Positions 39,252-49,612 of a DNA stretch of 58,077 nucleotides are shown one piece after another; position 1 is the first letter of the stretch, and each line of letters begins with the position of its first letter. The DNA comes from a bacterium (lineage in GTDB: Bacteria; SZUA-182; DTGQ01; JAFGSM01): the NCBI GenBank assembly GCA_049472335.1, contig JBLIRO010000029.1, positions 1 to 58,077 of the forward strand, given 5' to 3'. The notes beneath the pieces were generated by a model. It did not search any database. It had not been told where the DNA came from and worked only from the letters and a program-made list of their open reading frames with translations. A program made the translations under genes and the position numbers.

Positions 39252-40315
39252 TGCTTATAAACTTCGATTGTTTTTTGTGCAATCAAATCCCATGATAGAT
39301 CTGTCTTTTGCTTTTGATACGCATTTTCACCCATTTGTCTGGTGAGGGCTTTATCATTTAACATCATGCATATGGCCTCAGCCAGCTTGCAAGTATCGCG
39401 CGGCGGGACTATTTTCCCGGTGATCCCGTCATCAACGACCTCGGAAAGACCTCCGACTTCCGTTGTAATTACCGGCTTACGATAAGAATAAGCAAGAGGA
39501 ATTATTCCGCTCTGTGAGGCCTCCGTATATGGCAAAACTATAAAAGATGCTGATTTGAACAGGGACTGTAATTCTGTTTCTGAAATATGCCTGTTAATAA
39601 TAACAAATCGTTTTCTATTTTCGATTTTATCTAAATATGGATCAAGGCTCTTTCCTGTCCCGGCGATAGTAATCGTAAAATTGTTCACGCTCTTCGAAAT
39701 GATAGGCTCAGCGGCTATCAAGTATTCAATACCCTTATAATCCTGTATCCTGCCAAAAAATAATATATTATTTTGATCGACGGAATTTTTTTCCGTTTTA
39801 TCATCATTGAAATTATAACTACCTATAGGCACCACATGAATATTATCAGGTTTTAGGTGATGTATGTCAATCATTTGATTCTTTAAAGAGTTGGCATGAA
39901 CGATGAAATGGTCCCCAATGGATCTGACAAACCTGTCCGCCATATTTCTGATAAATGTCTCTTCACCCGGATGAGGTAAGGGATCGTGGACAGTAAATAC
40001 GAGCTTGTTTTTTGCGGCTTTAACAAAGGGGAGTACAAAACAGAACCATGCGTGGCCACTGCATTGAATATGAATTACATCAGGGGAATATTTCCTGATG
40101 GAACGATAAATGTTAAAACTATAATACAAGTTAGCAGGATTACGCCTTTCAACCTTCTGAAATAATTCAAGTTCTGTTGAGGGTGACAGGTATTCTGTGA
40201 TATCACCTGCAATATTCGAAGGTAGCATAAGCTTAACTTTCAGATGCTTCGATAGACTATTTGCCAATTTTACACAATATTCGGTATGCCAGAATCCCAG
40301 TAGTAGGAGTTTCAT
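39230..40315 (-). CDS. glycosyltransferase family 4
   Basis: TVHDP, FFGRIQDYKG, LPYTEASQSG and VGGLSE motifs. Confidence 0.92.
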   Translation of the reverse strand: MKLLLLGFWHTEYCVKLANSLSKHLKVKLMLPSNIAGDITEYLSPSTELELFQKVERRNPANLYYSFNIYRSIRKYSPDVIHIQCSGHAWFCFVLPFVKAAKNKLVFTVHDPLPHPGEETFIRNMADRFVRSIGDHFIVHANSLKNQMIDIHHLKPDNIHVVPIGSYNFNDDKTEKNSVDQNNILFFGRIQDYKGIEYLIAAEPIISKSVNNFTITIAGTGKSLDPYLDKIENRKRFVIINRHISETELQSLFKSASFIVLPYTEASQSGIIPLAYSYRKPVITTEVGGLSEVVDDGITGKIVPPRDTCKLAEAICMMLNDKALTRQMGENAYQKQKTDLSWDLIAQKTIEVYKQCLKKQE

Positions 40316-40782
40316 TTTATTTTTGCCATTATTAAAATTCTCTCTCTTCTAAATCTTTCTCTTTTGCATCTTTATAGTAACTATCTGTTTACTATAATAT
40401 TGTATAATAAAATCTAAAATGGGAATACACTTTAATAAGCTTATATTATATACTGATGATCATAACGATTATAGTATCTACTTTCAAATGATTTTCTATT
40501 ATAAAAGATAAAATACTTGCCTTTAAGAAAGTAATTGTAAAATTTATCTTTTCATTTCAAGATCTTCTATTTGGGAGGGAATGAGCGTTGTTTTCTGTCT
40601 GTGGAGACTCTTTTATTTATATAATAATTATTGAATATGTCTTTCCCCGTTTTAATATTTCAAGCCCCCACTAATAATCCCACTAATTGTTAAGCATAAA
40701 GAGTTCAAACACAAAATCGAAATTATTTTTTCAAGAATACTTTCATTGACAACACCTCTAAAGATGAATATATTTTTAATAA

Positions 40783-41688
40783 ATGCTCATGCGTTACAAA
40801 ATTAATCCAGATATAACTCTCATGAAACGATATCGATTTTTAGTTAAACCATTAAGGAAATTAGTTCGATACCTCTCTCCAGAGGATACTATTCTTCTTG
40901 ATTATCCAGTAAGACCTAAGCAAAGATGGAATTTATCAAAACCACATGAAGAATTATTTAATATATTGAATACTAATCGTAATTGTTATATTGAGATATT
41001 AAATTCGTTTCAACAATTTATTCCCAATTTACTTAAGATAAAAAAGTTAAAAGGAGAATGTGCTACAAAAGAGCCTTTTTGGATAAATGGTTGGATGCCG
41101 GCTTTGGACGGTGTTGCACTATACAGTTTTCTTGCTCTTAAAAAACCAAATAAATACATAGAGATTGGGTCCGGAAATTCTACGAAATTTGCTTATAGGT
41201 CAAAAATTGATAACCAACTCAAAACCGAGATAATTTCCATTGATCCTCAACCACGGGAAGAGATCAATGATCTTTGTACTAAAATTATTAGAAGTCCAAT
41301 TGAAGATGTGAAAATCGATCTTTTTAGCGGTTTGAGAGAAAATGACCTTCTCTACATAGATAATTCTCATAGAGCATTTATGAATTCGGATGTAACAGTT
41401 GTTTTTCTTGAGATAATTCCCCGCTTAAGACAAGGAGTCATTGTTGAAATTCATGATATTACACTGCCATATGATTATCCAGAAGATTGGAAAGACAGAT
41501 ATTATTCTGAACAATACCTATTGGCTTCATATCTCCTCGCAAAAGGCAAAAAATTTGAAATTATACTACCCTCATATTTTGTTAGTTATGATAGAGAATT
41601 AAAAGGTATTTTGAAATCCCTTTGGGATTGCCATGAAATGCAAGGTGTTGAAACACATGGTTGTTCATTTTGGCTCCGAATTCTTTAA
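40783..41688 (+). CDS. class I SAM-dependent methyltransferase (Methyltransf_24-like)
   Basis: IEIGSGNST, SIDPQPR, YIDNSH, HDI...YP and EQYLL motifs; on the opposite strand to the EPS genes. Confidence 0.8.
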   Translation: MLMRYKINPDITLMKRYRFLVKPLRKLVRYLSPEDTILLDYPVRPKQRWNLSKPHEELFNILNTNRNCYIEILNSFQQFIPNLLKIKKLKGECATKEPFWINGWMPALDGVALYSFLALKKPNKYIEIGSGNSTKFAYRSKIDNQLKTEIISIDPQPREEINDLCTKIIRSPIEDVKIDLFSGLRENDLLYIDNSHRAFMNSDVTVVFLEIIPRLRQGVIVEIHDITLPYDYPEDWKDRYYSEQYLLASYLLAKGKKFEIILPSYFVSYDRELKGILKSLWDCHEMQGVETHGCSFWLRIL

Positions 41689-41774
41689 CCTATGAGCTTT
41701 TATAATTTTTCATACCGGACCAAAATGACATTAAAAAGTCTTTCAAAAACCTTTTTCACAAACAGAAAAATATT

Positions 41775-42911
41775 TCAGATTAAGGATTCAAATAAGTCCC
41801 GGGTCTTGCTTGCCATTTGTTCTGCGGTAAATAATATCTTTACCCTTTTAAATCCCGCATTGCCGAAGTCCTTCATCTTTTTCGGATCGTTTACTAACCG
41901 GATCAATGCCTCAGCAAGACGATTTATATCACATGGAGGGACAAGATATCCTGTTTCACCATCAACGATCATTTCTGGTATGCCGCCCACATTTGAGGCA
42001 ACAACAGGTTTAGAGGCGGACATGGCTTCAAGAATGACCATAGGCATACCTTCATTGATGGAAGGCAGGACTAAAATATCAATGGATTTGATAATATTCG
42101 GTATATCGTTACGAAAGCCTGTGAATATAACATGTTCCTCTATCCCTATATCCCTGGTTTTACCGATTAATTCATCCTTCAAGTAACCATCGCCTACAAC
42201 AACAAACCTTACAGCATTGTTATTCTCCAGGATGATTTTTGCTGATTGCAGAAAGAATATATGTCCCTTTTCGATTCCGAGGTGCCCGATCAAGGCTATG
42301 ATGGTATCGGAGTCGTTTATGGAAAATTCTTTACGGAAATCCCCTTTATTTTTATTTTGAACGTTGGAAAAAAGGTCATAATCCACGCCATTTTGAATGA
42401 CAGAGATCTTTGATTCATTGATACCCTTTCGGATCAATTCCTCTTTTCTGGCGTTTGAGACCGCTATATATTTTTTCACTAACGGACGAGTGATATATTC
42501 AAAGAATTTTTCCTTCAAGACAAACCAAAGTCTTTTTTTCCCCCATTCCCCCGCGTAGATGTGAATTGTGCTTATTGTAATCTTCCCGGTTATTAAGGCG
42601 GCAACCCTGCCAATAAAGCTTACCGCGCCGCCATCGTGTATATTCAATATATCAATGTCGTTTTCCCTGATTAACCTGGTTATGCACCTTATCGCCTTTA
42701 AATATCGTCCCCTTCCGGCCTTCTCCAGGAGGTGAGCTGTAATGCCCTCCGATTTGAACAGGTTGCAAAACTCCTCATTGTTGCATACGATTTGTATATT
42801 CAACCTGCTTTGATCAATATGTTTGATAAGCGTCAAAAGATAGGTGGCAGTGCCGCCTATCGATTCATTCATCAAAAACATTAAGATATTAATCCTTTTT
42901 TTCTGCATCAT
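41775..42911 (-). CDS. glycosyltransferase family 4
   Basis: IQNGVD, EKGH and PSINEGMPMVILEAM motifs. Confidence 0.92.
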   Translation of the reverse strand: MMQKKRINILMFLMNESIGGTATYLLTLIKHIDQSRLNIQIVCNNEEFCNLFKSEGITAHLLEKAGRGRYLKAIRCITRLIRENDIDILNIHDGGAVSFIGRVAALITGKITISTIHIYAGEWGKKRLWFVLKEKFFEYITRPLVKKYIAVSNARKEELIRKGINESKISVIQNGVDYDLFSNVQNKNKGDFRKEFSINDSDTIIALIGHLGIEKGHIFFLQSAKIILENNNAVRFVVVGDGYLKDELIGKTRDIGIEEHVIFTGFRNDIPNIIKSIDILVLPSINEGMPMVILEAMSASKPVVASNVGGIPEMIVDGETGYLVPPCDINRLAEALIRLVNDPKKMKDFGNAGFKRVKILFTAEQMASKTRDLFESLI

Positions 42912-43743
42912 ATATTCTCGATTTAAAGAGCCGCTTTCTGGTCAGATTCATGTCATAAAATCCGGAAAATATAAATTTAAGATATGAAAGGGTAGTTTCC
43001 GGGCCTATTGTTACCCTTTTAAGCGCAAAAAGGGATCTTAGATCGTTTTTGACGCCCCATTCCACGGAACAGGCTGCCCGAAAACCCATTTTTCTTACGA
43101 TATTCAAAACCCTTTCATCATAATCACCATAAGGGTAACAAAAGGATGTTATAGGATTTTCCAACCTTTGCTCCATTAATTTTTTGCACTCCAGGATTTC
43201 ATATTTAATGTCATTGTCAGTAAGCTGTGTCATATGAGGGTGATTTACTGTATGAGCGCCGAAGGATATACCGGTATTTTTCAATTGTATAATTTCTTTC
43301 CATCCCAGCATCTTTAATCTTGGCACCGAATCTTCTTCGATCCATTCGCATGAGCCTTCAATATACCCTGTGGTTAAAAATATGGTAGCGCAAAAGCCAT
43401 ATTTTTTTAATACCGGTAAGACTTGGGAAATAAAATTAAGGTATCCATCGTCGAATGTAAGAACAAATGATTTTGCAGGTGCGGGCCTGTTTTCATTTAT
43501 ACAGCTTATATAATCATCCAGTGAGATAGTTCTGAATCCGTTATTTTTCAGGAACTTCATCTGTTTTTTGAATTCAGAAGAATTGACCGAGACTATAGAA
43601 CCGCTATCATCGATAGAATGGTACAACAGGATTGGAGTATACTTGCCCCGAAAGATATATCTGCCCAAAAAATAAAGAAGATCGAATGCCTTGTCTTTTA
43701 AGGTCAATATGTTTTGTTCTGATAAAATATGCTCGATATCCAT
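42889..43743 (-). CDS. polysaccharide deacetylase (CE4)
   Basis: PILLYHSI, LTFDDGY, GAHTVNH and FCYPYG motifs. Confidence 0.92.
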   Translation of the reverse strand: MDIEHILSEQNILTLKDKAFDLLYFLGRYIFRGKYTPILLYHSIDDSGSIVSVNSSEFKKQMKFLKNNGFRTISLDDYISCINENRPAPAKSFVLTFDDGYLNFISQVLPVLKKYGFCATIFLTTGYIEGSCEWIEEDSVPRLKMLGWKEIIQLKNTGISFGAHTVNHPHMTQLTDNDIKYEILECKKLMEQRLENPITSFCYPYGDYDERVLNIVRKMGFRAACSVEWGVKNDLRSLFALKRVTIGPETTLSYLKFIFSGFYDMNLTRKRLFKSRIYDAEKKD

Positions 43744-43789
43744 CTTGTTTGTTAATCCTGAATATCCGGATCCGTAGGTTATCCGCAGT

Positions 43790-44944
43790 TTAAATAATCG
43801 ATCCGGCCCTCGCTGCCTCTATGTATAATCTCTCGGTTTGTTTCAGTATCTCCTTTAAAGAAAATTTCTCTTCAACCCTTTTTCTTGCGGTACGTGCCAA
43901 TCTGCCGGATAAGTCCTTATCCCTGATGAGCTTACATATGGCATCCTTAAGTTGCTCAATATTGCCAGGTTCCGTTAATAAACCCGTAATCCCGTGTTCG
44001 ATCATTTCAGGGACACCGCCAACATTCGTGGATACGACCGGGACATAACTTGCCATTGCTTCGCAGATGGTCAAAGGGAATCCTTCCCACAATGAGGTCA
44101 GCACAAAGATATCCATAATTGAGAATATCTCCCTTATATCCTTTATAAAACCCGTGAAAATTATTTTTCCCTTCAAGGAGAGCTTTTCAGCAAGCCTTGA
44201 TAAATCATTCAATAATGGCCCTTCTCCTGCAATAACAAACCGGGTTTGAGGAAAGTTTTTTACAACCTGACTCGCTGCAATTATAAAATCCTTCTGCGAT
44301 TTTTGCGGGGCCAGCCTTCCGATATTACCTATAACTATATTATCCTCCGTTAAACCCAATTTTTTTCTTCTCATTCGGTTTTCAGAAGATAACCCTTTGA
44401 GGGAATTGTAATCATCAATATCTACAAAATTATAAATAGTGATAAATTTGCCGGGTGGCAATCCTGTTTTTGATATTGTGAAATCACGTACAATATCGGA
44501 AACGCTTATGATTTTATAGTTAAACAAACCTGTAAGCCGGTCAATAAGGTTAAGCGCCTTGTATCTTCTGAATGATTCCATATTCTGTATTGTCGAGATG
44601 ATTATCCTTGTGCCTGCGATTTTACCTGCGATTCTTCCAAAAAAATCGGATTTGAATAGCTGTGTGTGTATTATATCGATTTTTTCCTTTTTAAGGATAA
44701 GACAGAGTTTCGGGATTACAAGAATATCGAAAACACTTCTCATATTGAGCGGGTATATTTTTACACCATTTTCTATGATTTGATCGATAAAAACAGGATT
44801 ATTTCCCAGGCATGCCACAATAGGTAAAAACATTTTTCTGTCAATGTGTTTTACAATCTTATAAACGGCATGTTCAGCCCCTCCATAGGTATTTGCAGTA
44901 ATAAGATATAGTACCTTTATGATTTTATTGTTTTTGGGAGTCAT
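43790..44944 (-). CDS. glycosyltransferase family 4
   Basis: GGAE, IGRLAPQK and SLWEGFPLTICEAMA motifs. Confidence 0.92.
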   Translation of the reverse strand: MTPKNNKIIKVLYLITANTYGGAEHAVYKIVKHIDRKMFLPIVACLGNNPVFIDQIIENGVKIYPLNMRSVFDILVIPKLCLILKKEKIDIIHTQLFKSDFFGRIAGKIAGTRIIISTIQNMESFRRYKALNLIDRLTGLFNYKIISVSDIVRDFTISKTGLPPGKFITIYNFVDIDDYNSLKGLSSENRMRRKKLGLTEDNIVIGNIGRLAPQKSQKDFIIAASQVVKNFPQTRFVIAGEGPLLNDLSRLAEKLSLKGKIIFTGFIKDIREIFSIMDIFVLTSLWEGFPLTICEAMASYVPVVSTNVGGVPEMIEHGITGLLTEPGNIEQLKDAICKLIRDKDLSGRLARTARKRVEEKFSLKEILKQTERLYIEAARAGSII

Positions 44945-45056
44945 GATTTGATAATTGATTTTTTTAAGGATATGAAGGTAAATGTAATATTAAGATACAA
45001 CATGAAGAGAAAAATAGTCTTTTTATATTTTAATCTTGTCCCTTAATTCGGTTGTT

Positions 45057-47078
45057 TTATAAAAACCTGTAGATGAAAGCAGGGATATATGCCTTTTTAT
45101 TATTAAGTATAACTCCGTTTATTGTGATTCCGTCTTTTTCAAGCATGGCCTGCGCGTTTTGAACAACCTCCACCTGTGTCTTGTCGGCTTCGATTATGTA
45201 AAACACCGTATCTGCTTCCCTGCAGAGATTGAGCGCATCAGGGGATTGAAGAACAGGCGGACAGTCTATAATGATCAAATCAAAATTTGCCTTAACCTTT
45301 TCTATTATCTTACCAATCTTTCTGATTTCAATCTGCTTGTTTTCATTTCTTGAGGTTATAACATTTAATTTTTTAGTCTCTGTAGGCTTTATAACATCAT
45401 CAATACCACATTCCCCATTGAGAAGGTCCGCTAAGCCTTTTTTGTTCGACAGGTGAAAAAGGTCATGTAAGAAGGGGGCTTCAAGGTTGCCGTCTATTAA
45501 TAATACGGATAAATTTCCCGATGCAGATAGAAATGTTGCCATATTAGAGGCAATCGTAGTCGTTCCTTCTCCTGCCATGGATCCTGTAAAAATAATGGTT
45601 TTTATCATGCCTTTTTCATTCTGGTTCTGAAAAAAGTTTTGAACCATTTTACAACTTTTTTCGTATTCAGTAGACCCCTTCCATAAAAAGGCTGAAGGAT
45701 CAAGTTTACGGTTCAGATTTTGGAATGTTGCCAATAAAGGCAATTTAAGAAAATCAGAGACATCGGAGATGTCCTGAAAAGAATGATCAAAAAAATTAAG
45801 CAGGGTTATTGCAATAAAACCAAAAAAAAGGCCGACAATGATTCCAAGCAACGAATATAATACAGGCCGGGGCTCAACTGGTTTTTTGGGGGTAATTGCC
45901 TCTTCTATTTTATAGATGGAGATAGAGCCTTGTTGCTCTATATCGGCGCTTTCGCTGACCTTGTAAATGGATTTAATCAGGTTCGCCTTTCTTTCTTCCA
46001 ACTCTGTAATGGTTTGATCGTATTCTTCAATAATTATCTTTTTATCCTCGATATTTCTTATCTTTTCTGTATATTCTTCTATCTGATTTGTCAGAGAATC
46101 TTTTTCTAATGAAGCATCCTTAATATCGAGTTCTATCTTTTTTAACTCATTGGATAAAACGTTTCTTTTCCTTTCCGTTAAATTTTTTTTAACATCGTCG
46201 ATCTGTTCCGAAATCAACTTAACCTCTTGATCCTCTTTATGGAATTTTTTGATCCTTTCATTCTTTTTGAGTTCGAGGTCCAATAATATTGTCTCCAGTC
46301 TTGAAACGACATCCGGAATATTTTTGAGATAGGGTGATATTTCTATTTTTTTCTTTTTCAATTCCGTTGAAATGTCCTTTTCTTTTTCCTCCAGTACCTT
46401 TACCCTGGTATCAAGCTGACTTAAACGCATATTCAAATCTTCCAGGTTCCGGAGATATATCCTCTTCTGTTCCTCAATAGAATAAAGATTTGCCTCCTCC
46501 TTCAGATTTTGCAGATATTCCCTTTTCTCTGACAATTCCCTGGAAATGTCCTCCTTTTCCTGCTCAAAGAAATTTGTAGCAATTGAAGCAATGTCTTTAT
46601 TTATTATATAGCGCCTTCTAATGTATTCATCAGTCAAGGTATTTACAAAAGGCGCTACGAGGTCCTTTTCCGTGTGGCGAAAATTTATTTTCAATATATT
46701 TGTTTTTAGACCGGGTATAACAGATAATCCCTTTACGATATCATTTATACCTCCTTTTAATAGACCCTGTAATTCAGGCTTTTTAATCACGCTGTTTAAG
46801 ACCGGCCGGCTATATAATATTTCAACCTCTGTATCCAGGAAATTGTATTTCTGTATATAAGTAGAATTCAGGAGTGTATTTATATTTTTTTGCTCGATCA
46901 AAATCTTGGAATAAGCTTCATACAGGGGGGATTTCTTGAACCGGTAGAAGCTGTATAATGAAACAGGGATAGAAACCGAGAAGATGCATAATATCAGAAT
47001 GGTCTTATATTTGAATAATGGTTGTATAATATCCCGTAAGGAAAAGAGTGTTATATTTTTTTGGGCATCTGGCATCAA
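45057..47078 (-). CDS. wzc: Wzc/GumC-like polysaccharide co-polymerase with degenerate BY-kinase domain
   Basis: Wzz-like TM, coiled coil, PKKPVEP and second TM, then a P-loop domain (GEGTTT, LLIDGN, IIIDCPP, GVILN). Confidence 0.85.
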   Translation of the reverse strand: MMPDAQKNITLFSLRDIIQPLFKYKTILILCIFSVSIPVSLYSFYRFKKSPLYEAYSKILIEQKNINTLLNSTYIQKYNFLDTEVEILYSRPVLNSVIKKPELQGLLKGGINDIVKGLSVIPGLKTNILKINFRHTEKDLVAPFVNTLTDEYIRRRYIINKDIASIATNFFEQEKEDISRELSEKREYLQNLKEEANLYSIEEQKRIYLRNLEDLNMRLSQLDTRVKVLEEKEKDISTELKKKKIEISPYLKNIPDVVSRLETILLDLELKKNERIKKFHKEDQEVKLISEQIDDVKKNLTERKRNVLSNELKKIELDIKDASLEKDSLTNQIEEYTEKIRNIEDKKIIIEEYDQTITELEERKANLIKSIYKVSESADIEQQGSISIYKIEEAITPKKPVEPRPVLYSLLGIIVGLFFGFIAITLLNFFDHSFQDISDVSDFLKLPLLATFQNLNRKLDPSAFLWKGSTEYEKSCKMVQNFFQNQNEKGMIKTIIFTGSMAGEGTTTIASNMATFLSASGNLSVLLIDGNLEAPFLHDLFHLSNKKGLADLLNGECGIDDVIKPTETKKLNVITSRNENKQIEIRKIGKIIEKVKANFDLIIIDCPPVLQSPDALNLCREADTVFYIIEADKTQVEVVQNAQAMLEKDGITINGVILNNKKAYIPAFIYRFL

Positions 47079-47965
47079 AATATACTTTTGGGAACAATCA
47101 CTATATCATCCGGCTTCAAGTTGATATTAGAGCTCATTTTATCCTTATCCACTATCTCCTGGAAATTAACTATTATGGTTTTGGCGCCTCTTATAATCTT
47201 TATCTTGGACGGATTTGCATACTTGCTCATGCCGCCTGACAGAACTATCGCATCCATGATAGTTAAACCTGTTTTATATGGTATTTGTCCGGGCCTGTTA
47301 ATCTCTCCATACAGGGTGATGTTCCTATTCGAATTATCGGGAAAATATAATAAATCATACGGCTCCATAGTTATGTTCTGGGTAAGGTCACCTTCGTCCA
47401 GAAGTTTATGATAATCAATATTGATTTTTTTCCCATCCCTAAGGAGAAAGGCACCTTCGATATCCGCTGTTCTATCTATGCCCCCTGCAAGTGAGAGGAG
47501 ATGCAAAAGAGATATTCGTTTGTTGAGATTATACATGCCGGGTTTCTGTACCGCGCCTAAAACATATATATCCATGCTATTTATACTATTTATGATAACA
47601 GTCACATCGGTGTCGGACACAAATTTTTTTAATTTAGACGTCAAAATATTTTTAAGTTCTATCGGGGTTAAACCCATGGCCATAATATCACCAACCAGAA
47701 AAAACGATATCTTTCCATCAGGCCTTACCGTGACATTCGCCGACAGATTTTCGTTTCTCCAGTCCGATATGAATATCCTGTCTCCGATGCCAATCCGGTA
47801 GTCGTTATTTCCCTCTTGTTGATCTGATAGGCATGGATGAGCTGATATAAGGTTCAAACAGATAATAGAGAGCAGGATGCAGATAAGGTGCTTTGAGTTA
47901 AAATGATTTTTGTATGTATTCATCATAGAAAACATTTCATTTATCATTGGAAATATTTTTTTCAA
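47075..47965 (-). CDS. wza: polysaccharide export OPX protein (Poly_export + SLBB)
   Basis: YRIGIGD, VRPDGKIS, VLGAVQKPG and LKPDDIVIVP motifs; no C-terminal outer-membrane helix. Confidence 0.85.
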   Translation of the reverse strand: MKKIFPMINEMFSMMNTYKNHFNSKHLICILLSIICLNLISAHPCLSDQQEGNNDYRIGIGDRIFISDWRNENLSANVTVRPDGKISFFLVGDIMAMGLTPIELKNILTSKLKKFVSDTDVTVIINSINSMDIYVLGAVQKPGMYNLNKRISLLHLLSLAGGIDRTADIEGAFLLRDGKKINIDYHKLLDEGDLTQNITMEPYDLLYFPDNSNRNITLYGEINRPGQIPYKTGLTIMDAIVLSGGMSKYANPSKIKIIRGAKTIIVNFQEIVDKDKMSSNINLKPDDIVIVPKSIF

Positions 47966-47995
47966 ATCTAATGGACCTTGTGCTTCATCGGGCCT

Positions 47996-49390
47996 TTAAC
48001 GAAAATCGAATTTGTTATATTCAATTCCGATACTAATAAGGCTCCGCCTGAAGAAAAGATCAGGTAATCCAACATCATTGTCAATCGTATCACGCCAAGT
48101 ATAATTGTATTCTATTTTTAATACCCAGTATTTCAGAATGCTGTAATTTGTTTTAAGCGCAATTGTAGATTGTTTATAATCAGCGATTCCAGCCTCTTTG
48201 GGTATCAAATAATCGTTTTTAAAAAAAGAATAATACAATGTTGCCTTAAATTTAACTTTGTTATCATAACTCAAATCCGCAAGAAAACTCAAGGTCTTAT
48301 TATCATTCTTAGAATTAGAAACTTTCGGATCGGAATAATAGTTGTCTCTGAAATTGTTTTTTTTGAAATTACTCGAAAGTGTAGCAGAGAAATAAGAATT
48401 AAAAAAAGCTGTGCCGTTTAACCGGATACCTCTTCTTTGAACCAACTCCCCAAAACCCCTGCTACCTGATATTTCATGATCATAGGAAAGGTTTATTAAA
48501 GCATAATTAAATTCTTTTTTGTAGGCTAATCCACCTGTAAAATAGCCTTCTTCTTTAATCAGTGAGTCTTGATTATCATCTTCAGTCCTTAATGCCCCGC
48601 CATAGGCCCTTAAATTAGATTTATCAGAAAGGTCCCATAAGGATGCCACTATGAATGAATAAGTTTCAAATCCCTTGTCTTGACCTTCGAAAGTATAATA
48701 ATAAACACCGTCCTGTCTGTTTTTTTTAAAGTTATAATTCTTGACCTCAAACATCAAGCTGAGTTTATTCTTATTCATTCTTCCATATAGGGAATCAAGT
48801 CCTATTCTGAAGCTGTTTATATTTTCATCCAATTCCCTAATAGTCTCTACATTATCTAAATAGCGTTTGTAATCTAAATATAATATATTCTTGCCTGTAA
48901 TCTGATAATTCGCTCTCACATAAAAATCGTCTACATATTTTTTTTGACGTTCAATTGCCGGAGATTCACGTGATTCCAGTCCAGTAATAGTAAAATCAAA
49001 GTCTTCCGTTAATCTAAAGAGATTTTTGACATCAAAAGATAAAACATTGGATGGGAAAATATCCAATTGTAAGAAAGCGTTATGTCCCACATTATTAAAT
49101 TGTTCATTTTTTGAAAAGTTTTGAGATTCAATATAGTAATTCAATAAAGATTTCAGATAAAAACTTGATTGATCCAGTCCAAATAATAATCCTGTTGAGT
49201 TTATAAAATCACCCTTTGAACGGATACCATAATACTTTTTGTCTTTATTATTGTTCAATAATAAAATATTGTTATCATAACCTTCCCTTAGTACCGGAGA
49301 TAGCTTCATTTCTAACGATGCCCGGGCTATTCCGTTCATCACAGCTAAAAATACAGTAAGTACGAGAAAAATCGAAGATTTCCGAACCAA
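47996..49390 (-). CDS. outer-membrane beta-barrel associated with EPS export
   Basis: Signal peptide, EGYDNNI start, alternating Tyr/Phe-rich strands, first gene of the wza-wzc operon; TTG start after GGAG. Confidence 0.7.
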   Translation of the reverse strand: MVRKSSIFLVLTVFLAVMNGIARASLEMKLSPVLREGYDNNILLLNNNKDKKYYGIRSKGDFINSTGLLFGLDQSSFYLKSLLNYYIESQNFSKNEQFNNVGHNAFLQLDIFPSNVLSFDVKNLFRLTEDFDFTITGLESRESPAIERQKKYVDDFYVRANYQITGKNILYLDYKRYLDNVETIRELDENINSFRIGLDSLYGRMNKNKLSLMFEVKNYNFKKNRQDGVYYYTFEGQDKGFETYSFIVASLWDLSDKSNLRAYGGALRTEDDNQDSLIKEEGYFTGGLAYKKEFNYALINLSYDHEISGSRGFGELVQRRGIRLNGTAFFNSYFSATLSSNFKKNNFRDNYYSDPKVSNSKNDNKTLSFLADLSYDNKVKFKATLYYSFFKNDYLIPKEAGIADYKQSTIALKTNYSILKYWVLKIEYNYTWRDTIDNDVGLPDLFFRRSLISIGIEYNKFDFR

Positions 49391-49612
49391 AAAATACTCC
49401 GTAATTTGATATTTTCAATTTAATATAACCTATTATAAATAAGAATAATTTAAATGCTACACGAAATTTAAAAGAAGAACAAGGGAAAAGGGGACGAAAA
49501 GGAGAAAAGTGTACTAACCCCCAAGAATTATTGACAAAATTCAGGATCAAAGATATATTGTGTGGATTAAAGGCATTTTGAACTAGTAAATTAAACAATG
49601 AAATTGATTTAA

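Noticed and set aside
41692..42186. 164-aa plus-strand ORF and similar ORFs (e.g. 33623..34156, 56216..56767, 26563..26991, 49275..49655)
   Set aside because: They lie antisense to or overlap well-supported genes and have no recognisable motifs; treated as shadow ORFs.
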